A stretch of 64,000 nt of DNA, from assembly GCA_965212055.1 (NCBI GenBank), contig OZ243041.1, positions 484,149 to 548,148 of the forward strand, given 5' to 3'. The translations under genes were made by a program, and so were the position numbers. The DNA comes from Fidelibacterota bacterium. Its GTDB lineage: Bacteria; Fidelibacterota; Marinisomatia; Marinisomatales; Marinisomataceae. How positions within the stretch are numbered: position 1 is the stretch's first letter; every line of letters begins with the position of its first letter. Below are positions 17,891 through 28,070 of the stretch, piece by piece. A model generated the notes under the pieces. The model had not been told where the DNA came from, searched no databases, and saw only the letters and a program-made list of their open reading frames with translations.

Positions 17891-19135
17891 ATGAAGTATT
17901 TTCTTAATCTATTTATTCTTATTTTTCTTACTGCTTGTGATACTAGTATCCCTGAAATAAAATCGACAAATCAAGATATTACCACTGGTGATCTTCAAAA
18001 TCATATTACTTACTTGGCTTCTGATGAATTAGAAGGAAGGAGTTCTGGTACTCAAGGGGATGAACTTGCCAAGGATTATATTGTAAACCATTTTACAAAT
18101 GCAGGCTTGCCAACTGAACGAGTAGTTGAAGTTCAAGAACATTATGTTTATAAAGATAGAAGAAACAAAAAAAATAAGGTATTAACCTATAATATTATCG
18201 CAACTCTTCCTGGAACTGATGACAAATTAAAAGAGGAGTATGTAGTGATTGGTGGGCACTATGATAGTGTTAATAATAAGTTAGATAAGATTCATAATGG
18301 TGCAGATGATAATGCATCTGGAACCTCTATGGTTTTAGAATTGTTTGAGAAATTTGCAGCATCTAATACACATAAAAGAACGTTAGTTTTTATGGCATTT
18401 GGAGGGGAAGAACTAGGATTACTTGGTTCGAAACATTTCGTTAACAATCCAACTATTGATCTTCAAAAAGTTCAATTGATGGTGAATCTAGATATGGTTG
18501 GTAGATTAGATAATGAAAAAAATCTTCAATTAGGAGGAACATTAACTGCAGTAGATTTTGATAAAAAACTTGAGCCTTTTTTAGATGAAGTAGAAAACAG
18601 ATGGCAAAATAATTTAAATATCACAGAGCTAGGGAAAGGAATTTTTAAGCGTTCAGATCACTATAGTTTCTATTTAAAAGATATACCAGTATTATTCTTT
18701 TTCACCGGATTGCATGAAGATTACCATGGTCCTACCGACGATTCTAATAAAATTAATTATCAGGGAATGAAGGTTATTTCAGATTTAGTTCATCCGATTA
18801 TGGAAGAATTTGCAAATACACCAGAAAAATTAATCTTTCAACCAGTTGAATTAGAAGAACAGAGTATGCCAACTGCTAAAATGAAGGTTACTTTAGGTGT
18901 AATGCCTGACTATGCACATGAAGGAGATGGATTAAAGATTGATGCAGTTATTGACAATAGACCAGGGGGAGAAGCAGGAATGCTTGCTGGGGATATTGTT
19001 ATAGATATTGGTGGTACTCCTATAAAAGATATATATGCTTATATGAAGATATTATCCCAACTGAGTCCTGGTGATAAAGCTGAAGTGAGAGTATTACGTA
19101 AGGGTTCAGAAGTAGTATTGCAGGTTCAGTTCTAA
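17891..19135 (+). CDS. M28-family aminopeptidase with a C-terminal PDZ domain
   Basis: GGHYDS...GADDNASGTSMVLEL...FGGEELGLLGS (M28 metal ligands). C-terminal GMLAGDIVIDIGGTPIKDIY...GDKAEVRVLRKGSEV is PDZ-like. Confidence 0.8.
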   Translation: MKYFLNLFILIFLTACDTSIPEIKSTNQDITTGDLQNHITYLASDELEGRSSGTQGDELAKDYIVNHFTNAGLPTERVVEVQEHYVYKDRRNKKNKVLTYNIIATLPGTDDKLKEEYVVIGGHYDSVNNKLDKIHNGADDNASGTSMVLELFEKFAASNTHKRTLVFMAFGGEELGLLGSKHFVNNPTIDLQKVQLMVNLDMVGRLDNEKNLQLGGTLTAVDFDKKLEPFLDEVENRWQNNLNITELGKGIFKRSDHYSFYLKDIPVLFFFTGLHEDYHGPTDDSNKINYQGMKVISDLVHPIMEEFANTPEKLIFQPVELEEQSMPTAKMKVTLGVMPDYAHEGDGLKIDAVIDNRPGGEAGMLAGDIVIDIGGTPIKDIYAYMKILSQLSPGDKAEVRVLRKGSEVVLQVQF

Positions 19136-20250
19136 TGAAACAAGTTCTGTTAGCTTTAATGCTAATTAGTGTAGTATATAGTCAACAAGATATGATTACC
19201 AGTGATCCGTTTCCACGATGGGAGAATGATGTAATTGATCTTTTAGAAGAAGTCGATAAAAATAACGAGTATAATTCTACCAATAAGAATTTTGTTTTAA
19301 AAGATATAAGACAATTAACATTTGATGGAGATAATGGAGAAGCTTATTTCTCTAAAGATGCTAGTCAACTTATCTTTCAATCAAAACGCAATGGAAATGA
19401 ATGTGATAAGCTTTATACAATAAGTATTGACGGAAGCAACCTTAAAGAGTTTCCAATACAAGATGGAGCATTTACATGCGCTTATTATTCACATGATAAT
19501 AAATTTATCTTTTTTTCCTCTACTTTACATGATGGAGTTGGATGTCCAGAAATATATAAACATCCAAATCCTCGTAAATATATTTGGCCATTAAGAAACT
19601 TTGAGATTTATCGATGGGACGGAGATAATCTAAAACAATTAACCAGTGTTCCAGGGTATAATGCTGAAACCACAATTCATCCAACAGAAAAGAAAGTAAT
19701 TTTCACTTCTATGCGCGATGGAGACATTGACTTATATGAAATGGATTATAATGGTAACAATGTTAAACGTATTACTACTGAATTTGGATATGATGGTGGT
19801 GCATTTTATTCTCCAAATGGAAAAAATATTGTTTGGCGTGCATGGTATCCTAAAAACGAAGAAGAGAAGGAAAAATGGTCTTTTAACTTAAAGAATCGTT
19901 ATATCGATGCTGTCCCATTAGATATTTATGTTGCAAAGAGGGATGGATCTAGTAAAAAACGATTAACGAGTAATGGAGCTACTAATTGGGCTCCTTCTTG
20001 GCATCCTGATGGAAAACATATTATTTTCTCATCCAATATGGATGATTGGAGGGAAGATTATAATGCATTTGGAAGTAATTTTGAGCTTTATATAATTAAT
20101 ATTCGCACTTTAAAACTTACACGTCTCACGCATAATGATACCTTTGATTCATTTCCAGTTATTTCTAAAGATGGAAAGCTTGTTTTTGCTTCCAATAGAA
20201 ATGCTAAAAACCCACGTCAAACCAATATTTTTATTGGAATCTTAGACTAA
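19135..20250 (+). CDS. TolB-like beta-propeller protein (PD40/WD40-like repeats)
   Basis: Repeated F/YSxDGKxIxFxS motifs (FYSPNGKNIVW, WHPDGKHIIFSSN, ISKDGKLVFASNR). TAATG overlap with the M28 gene. Confidence 0.7.
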   Translation: MKQVLLALMLISVVYSQQDMITSDPFPRWENDVIDLLEEVDKNNEYNSTNKNFVLKDIRQLTFDGDNGEAYFSKDASQLIFQSKRNGNECDKLYTISIDGSNLKEFPIQDGAFTCAYYSHDNKFIFFSSTLHDGVGCPEIYKHPNPRKYIWPLRNFEIYRWDGDNLKQLTSVPGYNAETTIHPTEKKVIFTSMRDGDIDLYEMDYNGNNVKRITTEFGYDGGAFYSPNGKNIVWRAWYPKNEEEKEKWSFNLKNRYIDAVPLDIYVAKRDGSSKKRLTSNGATNWAPSWHPDGKHIIFSSNMDDWREDYNAFGSNFELYIINIRTLKLTRLTHNDTFDSFPVISKDGKLVFASNRNAKNPRQTNIFIGILD

Positions 20251-20261
20251 GAAACTATCCT

Positions 20262-20332
20262 ATTGAGATTTATTCTCATTAATTATTTGCTTCTATTTAT
20301 TTTTAGTTATATAATTGAGACAACTTCTCAAT
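20262..20332. promoter_or_regulatory. two copies of a 19-bp dyad (ATTGAGA-N5-TCTCATT and ATTGAGA-N5-TCTCAAT); candidate operator upstream of the TonB-dependent receptor
   Basis: Site 1 at 20262-20280 (6/7 symmetric). Site 2 at 20314-20332 (perfect 7+7 inverted repeat), ending 16 nt before ATG 20349. The sites start 52 bp apart. Confidence 0.4.
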
Positions 20333-20348
20333 AAAAAAATAGGGGCAC

Positions 20349-22724
20349 ATGAAGAGAGTAGTATCAATCTTATTGTTTTTAACATTAGTTATTGGACAAA
20401 ATCAAATAACAGGTTCAGTCACTGATGTTAATAATAATCCAATTGCTGATGCAAATATTATATTAGAAAATGGAATGGGATTGATCAGTAAAGACGATGG
20501 AAGTTTTGTACTTAATGTAGACGAGCTTCCTTTTTTATTAACTGTATCAGTTGTAGGGTATGATGATCTTACAGTATGGGTAAAAGAGAATAATATATCT
20601 CTTAAATTAAGCGATAGTCCTATCTTATTAGATGCAGTAAATGTTTTGGCTAATTCAGCCAGTATTACCTCTGGAATGTTTTTACGATCAGTTTATCCAA
20701 GTGCTGTGGTATCTGAATTAGAATTAAGACAATTTGATGATACTGATATTCATCGTGCTATTGCAAGGATTCCTGGTGTATATGTTCAGGAAGAAGATGG
20801 GCTTGGATTACGACCAAATATTGGAGTACGTGGTACTGGTTTATCACGTATGGAAAAACTAAATGTAATGGAAGATGGTATTCTTATTGCACCAGCACCA
20901 TATGCTTCTCCAGCTGCATATTATTCTCCAACAATGGGAAGAATGCAAACATTGGAAGTTCGTAAAGGATCTAGTCAGATTAAATATGGTCCATTTACTA
21001 CTGGAGGATCTTTGAATTATGTTTCTACTGGCATTCCTGAAACAATGACAAGTAATCTAGAATTAAAAACAGGAAGTTTTGGTAAAACAGTTCTACATCT
21101 TAAACATGGTTCTACGGAAGGTCAGTGGGGATATTTATTGCAAGTTTTTAATGATCAAACAACTGGATTTAAAGAATTAGATGGCGGTGGAGATACTGGA
21201 TACACAAAAGCAGATGTGTTAGCAAAAGTGCGTTACAGTATGAATAAAAATCATGCATTAGAATTTAAATATTCTATAACTGATGAAGTTTCAGATGAAA
21301 CTTATCTTGGTTTAAGTGATGAAGATTATGATAGAAATCCATTAAGAAGATATCGTGCATCACAATTAGATGAGATGGATGCAGATCATAGTCAAGTTGT
21401 ACTTTCTTATGCAGGAAAATTATCAGATAATATGTCTATGGCTGTATCACTTTATAATAATGAATTCGCAAGAAATTGGTATAAACTAAATAAAGTCAAT
21501 GGTGCAAAGCTTAGTGTAGTAGCTGATCCATCTTCTGATGCGACTACTTTTGCGCTAATGGATGCATTAGATAGTGATCCCGATATGTATCGAATTAAAG
21601 CAAATAATCGTGAATATTTATCAAGCGGTCTTCAAGCAGTGTTAAGCTGGAGTGTTGATAATCATAGTTTGCAAGCTGGAATGCGTATTCATTCCGATGA
21701 AATGGATCGTTTTCAGTGGGAAGATCGATATCAGATGGTTGCTGGTAATTTAAATATGACCACGAAAGCCACACCAGGTTCTGATTCAAATCGAATTGAC
21801 TCTGCAGAAGCTAACGCTTTATTTATAGAAGATAGATATACTTCAGGAGCTTGGACGGTGACAGGTGGCTTACGCTATGAATCAATTACTGTTAAAAGAG
21901 AAGATTGGGGTAAATCAGACCAGTTCCGTATTACAAATCCATCAGTAAAAGAACAAGATTTTAATGTAGTAGTGCCAGGTGTTTCTGTTGAATATGCATG
22001 GAAACCAACTACAACGTTATCTTATGGTTTACATAAAGGATTTGCTCCTCATGGTCCGGGCGGTGTTAAAGTTATAGATGGTGTTACGCAAGACGTAAAA
22101 CCAGAAACAAGCATGAATCATGAATGGACAATAAGACATTATGAAGGTCTATCTGGAGTTGAGCTTACATATTTTATAAACCAATATGATAATCTTTTAG
22201 GAGCAGATACTGCAGCTTCCGGTGGAGGGACAGATGAACTTTACAATGGTGGAGCTGTTGATGTATCTGGAGTGGAATTATATCTTAGACATATGTTAGA
22301 GGCTAGAGATATGCAATTTCCTCTTGAACTTGCATATACCTATACAAATACAGAATTTAAAGAATCGTTTGATGGTGATTTCTGGGGAGATGTATCATCT
22401 GGTGATGAACTTCCATATGTTCCTAGTGATATGTTATATCTGAATGTTGGAGTCAATGCTGGTTTAGTATCGGGAAATGTATCCTTAAAACACACCGCAA
22501 AGATGAGAACAACAGCGGGATCAGGTAGTTTGGATGAATCAAGTTTCACAGATGCATTTACTGTGGTTGATGCTTCTGTTAATTATAATCTTAAAAACAA
22601 TGTAATTTTCTCATTACATGTTAAGAATTTGCTTAATGATAATGAAGTTGTTGCAAGAAGACCATATGGAGTTCGTCCAACTATGCCTAGAACAGTATCT
22701 CTTGGGCTTTCATACACTTTTTAA
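20349..22724 (+). CDS. TonB-dependent receptor with CarboxypepD_reg-like N-terminal domain
   Basis: N-terminal ITGSVTDVNNNPIADANIILE. Plug-like region (IPGVYVQEEDGLGLRPNIGVRG). Long barrel ending in ..LGLSYTF (terminal aromatic). Confidence 0.9.
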   Translation: MKRVVSILLFLTLVIGQNQITGSVTDVNNNPIADANIILENGMGLISKDDGSFVLNVDELPFLLTVSVVGYDDLTVWVKENNISLKLSDSPILLDAVNVLANSASITSGMFLRSVYPSAVVSELELRQFDDTDIHRAIARIPGVYVQEEDGLGLRPNIGVRGTGLSRMEKLNVMEDGILIAPAPYASPAAYYSPTMGRMQTLEVRKGSSQIKYGPFTTGGSLNYVSTGIPETMTSNLELKTGSFGKTVLHLKHGSTEGQWGYLLQVFNDQTTGFKELDGGGDTGYTKADVLAKVRYSMNKNHALEFKYSITDEVSDETYLGLSDEDYDRNPLRRYRASQLDEMDADHSQVVLSYAGKLSDNMSMAVSLYNNEFARNWYKLNKVNGAKLSVVADPSSDATTFALMDALDSDPDMYRIKANNREYLSSGLQAVLSWSVDNHSLQAGMRIHSDEMDRFQWEDRYQMVAGNLNMTTKATPGSDSNRIDSAEANALFIEDRYTSGAWTVTGGLRYESITVKREDWGKSDQFRITNPSVKEQDFNVVVPGVSVEYAWKPTTTLSYGLHKGFAPHGPGGVKVIDGVTQDVKPETSMNHEWTIRHYEGLSGVELTYFINQYDNLLGADTAASGGGTDELYNGGAVDVSGVELYLRHMLEARDMQFPLELAYTYTNTEFKESFDGDFWGDVSSGDELPYVPSDMLYLNVGVNAGLVSGNVSLKHTAKMRTTAGSGSLDESSFTDAFTVVDASVNYNLKNNVIFSLHVKNLLNDNEVVARRPYGVRPTMPRTVSLGLSYTF

Positions 22725-22759
22725 GCTGTATTTATTAAAAAAAAGTATTATTATCACGG

Positions 22760-24964
22760 GTGCATAACAAGCTCATATATATCTTATTTCTCGGATTTTT
22801 ATACTCTCAAAGTTTTTTAGACTTAACTCCGCGTCCATCATATAATATCAATAAAATTGATACCCCAATTACGCTTGATGGTCAACTGGATGAAGAAAGC
22901 TGGGGGTTAGCTCAGATTGCCACAGGGTTTACTGATACTAGAGCTTTTGAAGGCGATCCCGCTGCATTTAAAACAGAAGTAAAGTTATTATATGATGATA
23001 CAAATCTCTATGTAGGATTTATTGCATATACGCCTCCAGAAAAGATTAGAACTTCACTCTCAAAAAGAGATCATCTCAATGACGATGATAATTGGGTTGG
23101 AGTTGACATAGATCTATTTGATGATGAAGCTCTTATCTATGCATTTGGATCAAATCCATCTGGTACACAGATAGATGGGCGTGGTGGATATCGTCTTGAT
23201 AGATCTTTAGATTTAATTTTTGATGTCAAAACAAGCATTACAGACTATGGTTATATTGTAGAGTTTGCTATTCCGTTTTCAAGCTTAAGATATTCAGTTG
23301 GAAAAAATCAAAATTGGAGGATTAATTTCCTTCGTAGTTACACGACAGATGACGAAATAGAACATAAAGTTGTTTGGGCATCAAATATTCAAGGAATTGA
23401 ATGTCATACCTGTCAGATGGCTTTTTTAAAAGGTCTTGAACCTCCAAAACAAGAAGCTGGAAATATTGAATATATTCCTTCATTAGTTGCTGGATATTCT
23501 GAAGATTTTAACAATGATTCAAGTAGCAACAATACTGAACCATCCTTATTTGTTAAATATCCTGTTTCTTCTGTGGATTTACTTGAGATTGCAATCAATC
23601 CAGATTTTAGTCAAATCGAATCAGATGATATTAAAAATGATATCAATACAGTAAATGCATTGTATTTCAGAGAAAGAAGACCCTTTTTTAGTGAAGGAGC
23701 TGAATTATTTAAATTTGACCCAAATCGCGGATTTATTAATTTATTCTATTCAAGAACCATTAATGATCCATCTGTAGCAGTAAAATACACAGGAAAAGTT
23801 GGAAAAACATCGTATGGGGTAATTAGTGCTATAGATGAATCGTCTCCATTACTTTTACCTTTTGAAGAATCAAGCACTATTGTACAAATGGGTGAAAGCA
23901 CATCCAATATTGTACGTGTAAAACGTATGTTAAAAAATGCAAGCTCCATTGGGGCAATTATTACTAATCGTACCTTTGATGAAGGTGGGGATATGACTAC
24001 AGGAGGGATAGATTTTCATTATCATCCTGGAAAGAATTTACATTTAACTCTTCATGCTACTGCATCAATTCATAATGAACCTGATTCTCTATCAACAATA
24101 TTTGATGATAATCCTTACACATTTGATAACCATACTGCCAAATTTGACGGAGAAGAGATTACAGGAAATGCATTAGGGTTTAGTTTATCAAAAATGGATA
24201 GAACTGATACTACAGGTTTAACCATACGTCTTCGTTCTCCAGGATTTCGAACCAGTAATGGATTTGAGAAAAATAATTCCACAAAGTGGATAAAGCTGTC
24301 TAAAGGAAAAGGTATTTTCTATGATAACCATCCACGATTGTTGGCATCAGGACATAGAGTTAGTATGGTTCATAAAACAAATTATGATGGCGATATTAAA
24401 AAACAAGAATTTGAATTCAACAATGAGTTTAATTTTTTAAATGGATATGTGTTACAAATTGGGACTGAGATTGAGAATGAACTCTTTCGTGGAGTGCAAT
24501 TTGATAATATGTTTGATATGAATATTAGTGTTACTGGTAAACTAAATGCCAAGACAAAAATTCATGGAGGAATTGCTGGTGGTGAGACAATTATCCGATA
24601 TTTAGATACTCCAGAACAAACCGATTCCTATGGAATTTGGAGCTATGTTGAATATAAAATTTCAGATCAAGCGAGTACCGGTACTGGAATACAATATGAG
24701 GATGCAAAAAATTATTATGATGGTTTTCTACTTAATTCATGGTATACACATTCTTTCACATCGAAACTGTCTTTAAGAACCAAGATACAGTATAGCGATT
24801 TTTCTCATAATTGGTTTATTGAACCAATGTTGACCTATCAACCAAATGCATTCTCCGCATTATACTTTGGAATTAATGAACTTCTTTCTACAGAAGATGA
24901 TATGTTCTCAAATTTAACTGAGTCAGAACGTCAATTATTTGTTAAGTTTCAATACTTGCTTTAA
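22760..24964 (+). CDS. DUF5916-like outer-membrane protein with CBM9-like N-terminal domain
   Basis: IDTPITLDGQLDEESWGLAQ..TGF (family-9 CBM-like ligand-binding module), then about 500 aa of barrel-like sequence ending FVKFQYLL. GTG start. Family assignment from memory. Confidence 0.55.
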   Translation: MHNKLIYILFLGFLYSQSFLDLTPRPSYNINKIDTPITLDGQLDEESWGLAQIATGFTDTRAFEGDPAAFKTEVKLLYDDTNLYVGFIAYTPPEKIRTSLSKRDHLNDDDNWVGVDIDLFDDEALIYAFGSNPSGTQIDGRGGYRLDRSLDLIFDVKTSITDYGYIVEFAIPFSSLRYSVGKNQNWRINFLRSYTTDDEIEHKVVWASNIQGIECHTCQMAFLKGLEPPKQEAGNIEYIPSLVAGYSEDFNNDSSSNNTEPSLFVKYPVSSVDLLEIAINPDFSQIESDDIKNDINTVNALYFRERRPFFSEGAELFKFDPNRGFINLFYSRTINDPSVAVKYTGKVGKTSYGVISAIDESSPLLLPFEESSTIVQMGESTSNIVRVKRMLKNASSIGAIITNRTFDEGGDMTTGGIDFHYHPGKNLHLTLHATASIHNEPDSLSTIFDDNPYTFDNHTAKFDGEEITGNALGFSLSKMDRTDTTGLTIRLRSPGFRTSNGFEKNNSTKWIKLSKGKGIFYDNHPRLLASGHRVSMVHKTNYDGDIKKQEFEFNNEFNFLNGYVLQIGTEIENELFRGVQFDNMFDMNISVTGKLNAKTKIHGGIAGGETIIRYLDTPEQTDSYGIWSYVEYKISDQASTGTGIQYEDAKNYYDGFLLNSWYTHSFTSKLSLRTKIQYSDFSHNWFIEPMLTYQPNAFSALYFGINELLSTEDDMFSNLTESERQLFVKFQYLL

Positions 24965-25420
24965 TTGATGAAAAAAATATTAATACTATCCCTTCTATTA
25001 ACATTCTATGGATGTGCTATTTCTATCGGCAATAAGGTTGCAGATGTTTCAGATGATAATAATGTAGTCACAAATGGAAATAGTGTATATCATTCGAATG
25101 GGAATTCTATGATTGCATTTAATAAGATTTCCCCCAAGAAACGTGGCGCATTTGAAATGTTGAACAAAACCATTATTATGCCAGCAATTGAACGTGCAAA
25201 TCTACCTGTATATAATAGCTTAACTTTCTTAGCACCAGACGAGCAAAATGAAGATGGAACATATACTTTTCTTTATGTCGCAAGTCCTTATTTGGAAAAT
25301 GAAGATTACGATATTTTATCTATGTTGATTGCAGTGCATGGCAGGCCAAGAGCAGAGGAATATTTTCAACTATGGCTAGATTGTTTTGCTGAAGAACAAA
25401 AAACATTATTGTTTAAATGA
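24965..25420 (+). CDS. lipoprotein, unknown function
   Basis: MMKKILILSLLLTFYGCAIS lipobox. No family recognised. Confidence 0.45.
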   Translation: MMKKILILSLLLTFYGCAISIGNKVADVSDDNNVVTNGNSVYHSNGNSMIAFNKISPKKRGAFEMLNKTIIMPAIERANLPVYNSLTFLAPDEQNEDGTYTFLYVASPYLENEDYDILSMLIAVHGRPRAEEYFQLWLDCFAEEQKTLLFK

Positions 25421-26133
25421 TAAAATCGTGTCTTTTTGATTCGTTCTGTATTAAATTTTTTCAAATGCAAATCCAAAAGAATTTTTTTATTACACTTCTC
25501 AGTTGTTCGTTTGTTTTTGCTCAAACCTTACAAGTCAATGATGCGACCCTTTCTTCAGGAGATTACAATACTGGAACTACGCTCGGTATAACTGACTCGG
25601 ATGTTTTGATTTATTCCAATGCGCTTGTGCACAATTTATATGTGTGGGGAATTCCTTGGTATACAGACACAAAAACTTTTCCAGCCCAAATCACACTACC
25701 GATTGATAATAGAGCTTATATAATAAGTTTATATAAGAAATCAATATATCAATCCGTTTCTGCAGAGTTACAAACTTTTGATTTCGACAATAGGCCAGTG
25801 GAAGAATTTGAGGCGTTACAAGATGAGCTTCAGCGTATGAAAATTGGTACAAAATTGGTTAGACCAATACCTGGAAAATCAGAGTCTGTATTTCTTGTAT
25901 ATTGTCCAGAAGAAGATATATCATGTGAGGAAGGACTACACTGGCGAGATGGTTTTTCAGCAAAATTTTATGATCAACAACAAGAAGTATATATGCATTC
26001 ACAATTAAATAAACCTAGTGAATACCTTAGTGAAGAAGAGGAACAGTTAATTAAAAGACATCGTGGAGGTGTTGGGATGTTAGTTGGTTTTTTCTCAATG
26101 GGTATATGGTTACTTGATAGGTCCTTACAGTGA
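25417..26133 (+). CDS. secreted protein with C-terminal TM anchor, unknown function
   Basis: An internal ATG at 25465 gives a good signal peptide (MQIQKNFFITLLSCSFVFAQ). C-terminal hydrophobic GVGMLVGFFSMGIWLL. The 3' end overlaps the thrS start (GTGA). Confidence 0.4.
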   Translation: MIKSCLFDSFCIKFFQMQIQKNFFITLLSCSFVFAQTLQVNDATLSSGDYNTGTTLGITDSDVLIYSNALVHNLYVWGIPWYTDTKTFPAQITLPIDNRAYIISLYKKSIYQSVSAELQTFDFDNRPVEEFEALQDELQRMKIGTKLVRPIPGKSESVFLVYCPEEDISCEEGLHWRDGFSAKFYDQQQEVYMHSQLNKPSEYLSEEEEQLIKRHRGGVGMLVGFFSMGIWLLDRSLQ

Positions 26134-28070
26134 AAAATATTTCCATTAATATTATTGGCGCTTCTACTGGATCTTATCCAGCTGGGATTACTCCTTTAGA
26201 AATTTCAGAATCTGTAAAGGAAATACCAAAAAATGTTGTGATCTGTAAGGTTGATGATGTGTTAACTGATTTAAATGAACCTTTGGCTAAAGATGCAACC
26301 ATCCAATTTTTAGACGCAAAAAGCAAAGATGGTCATAGTGTTCTGTTGCATAGTACTGCACATTTAATGGCACAAGCAGTAAAAAGACTTTTTCCTAAGA
26401 CTAAAGTAACAATTGGTCCATATCTGGATAACAAATTTTACTATGATTTTGATGTTGAAACTCCTTTTTCTGAAGAAGATTTAAGCAGTATTGAAAAAGA
26501 GATGCATAAGATATCTAAAGAGAATCTTGAGATTACACATGAGGTAAAATCAAGAAAAGATGCAGTAAGCCTCTTTAAAAAGATGAAAGAGTCTTATAAA
26601 GTTGAGATTATTAATGATTTAGAAAAGAGCGAAGTATTAAAAGTTTATTCACAAGGAGAGTTTACTGATCTTTGTAGAGGACCACATGTTCCTTCAACTG
26701 GTACCATCAAACATTTTAAATTACTTTCTTCTTCAGCTGCTTACTGGAGAGGAGATGAAAACAATCAGACATTGCAACGGGTTTATGGAACATCTTTTCC
26801 TAGTGAGAAAGATTTAAAAAAATATCTAACAATGTTGGAAGAACAAAAGAAACGTGATCATCGTAAGATTGGAAAAGAACTTGATTTATATTTCCATGAT
26901 GATGAAGTAGGCCCTGGACTACCGCTATGGACTCCGAATGGTGCAGTTATTATTGATGAATTAGAGGCATTAGCAAAAGAGAAAGAAGATGCTAGTGGAT
27001 ATAAACGCGTCCGTACACCGCATCTAACAAAAGGAGCCTTATATGAAAAATCTGGTCATCTGGAACACTATACTACAAGTATGTATCCTGCAATGGATGT
27101 AGATGGCCTAGACTATTATATAAAACCAATGAATTGTCCTCATCATCACAAGATTTATGCTAATAGGCCAAAGAGTTACCGAGATCTACCTTATCGTCTA
27201 TCAGAATACGGAACATGTTATCGTTATGAGAAATCAGGTGAACTTTTTGGATTAATGCGTGTAAGAAGTATGCAGATGAATGATGCACATATCTATTGTA
27301 CAGAGGATCAATTCAAAGAAGAGTTTATTGGGGTATGTAAACTATATATGGAATATTTTAAAATTTTTGGTATTGAGAAATATGAAATGCGACTTGGTCT
27401 TCATGATCCAAAAGGGTTAGGTAAAAAATATATTAATAATCCTAAGCTATGGAAAAAAACAGAAGAAGATGTTAGAAATGCGCTAAAGGATGCTGGATTA
27501 AAATTTGTTGAATCAGTTGGAGATGCAGCATTTTATGGTCCAAAAATTGATGTGCAAGTATGGAGTGCAATTGGAAAAGAATTTAGCCTTGCAACTAACC
27601 AAGTTGATTTTGCAGTTCCTGAACGTTTTAATTTGACTTATACTGACAGTGATGGTTCATCTAAAACACCATTATGTATTCATAGAGCTCCACTTGGAAC
27701 ACATGAACGTTTTATCGGATTTTTAATTGAGCATTTTGGTGGAGACTTTCCATTATGGTTGGCACCTAAACAAGTATCCATTTTACCCGTTTCTGATAAA
27801 TACAATGCTTATGCTGATCAAGTGTGTAGTGAATTAAAAAAACAGGGAGTAAGGGCTGAAGTAGACAATCGTTCAGAAAAAATTGGTGCTAAAATTAGAG
27901 ATGCAGAACTACAAAAAATTAATATTATGCTAATTGTTGGAGAAAAAGAAGTTGATGGTAAAGTAGTAACAGTTAGAAGAAGATTTGTTAAAGAACAAGA
28001 AACACTTTCATTGGATAAATTTTCCAATGGAATTAGAAAAGAAATTAATGAAAGGAGTGTTACGAATTAA
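26130..28070 (+). CDS. thrS: threonine--tRNA ligase
   Basis: 646 aa with TGS, second-additional-domain, class II core and anticodon-binding order (HSTAHLMAQAV, DLCRGPHV, MNCPHHHKIY, FRVRSMQMNDAHIY-type motifs). Confidence 0.95.
   Translation: MKNISINIIGASTGSYPAGITPLEISESVKEIPKNVVICKVDDVLTDLNEPLAKDATIQFLDAKSKDGHSVLLHSTAHLMAQAVKRLFPKTKVTIGPYLDNKFYYDFDVETPFSEEDLSSIEKEMHKISKENLEITHEVKSRKDAVSLFKKMKESYKVEIINDLEKSEVLKVYSQGEFTDLCRGPHVPSTGTIKHFKLLSSSAAYWRGDENNQTLQRVYGTSFPSEKDLKKYLTMLEEQKKRDHRKIGKELDLYFHDDEVGPGLPLWTPNGAVIIDELEALAKEKEDASGYKRVRTPHLTKGALYEKSGHLEHYTTSMYPAMDVDGLDYYIKPMNCPHHHKIYANRPKSYRDLPYRLSEYGTCYRYEKSGELFGLMRVRSMQMNDAHIYCTEDQFKEEFIGVCKLYMEYFKIFGIEKYEMRLGLHDPKGLGKKYINNPKLWKKTEEDVRNALKDAGLKFVESVGDAAFYGPKIDVQVWSAIGKEFSLATNQVDFAVPERFNLTYTDSDGSSKTPLCIHRAPLGTHERFIGFLIEHFGGDFPLWLAPKQVSILPVSDKYNAYADQVCSELKKQGVRAEVDNRSEKIGAKIRDAELQKINIMLIVGEKEVDGKVVTVRRRFVKEQETLSLDKFSNGIRKEINERSVTN

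Noticed and set aside
20251-20348. A cobalamin or other riboswitch upstream of the TonB-dependent receptor
   Set aside because: The intergenic region is only 98 nt and extremely AT-rich, with no B12-box-like or other conserved riboswitch core. The dyad-operator reading fits better.
27985-28047. The ORF-track start of infC at 27985
   Set aside because: It lies 86 nt inside thrS. IF3 homology begins near [12 protein letters not shown], and a Shine-Dalgarno-supported ATT (28066) or ATG (28048) fits better.
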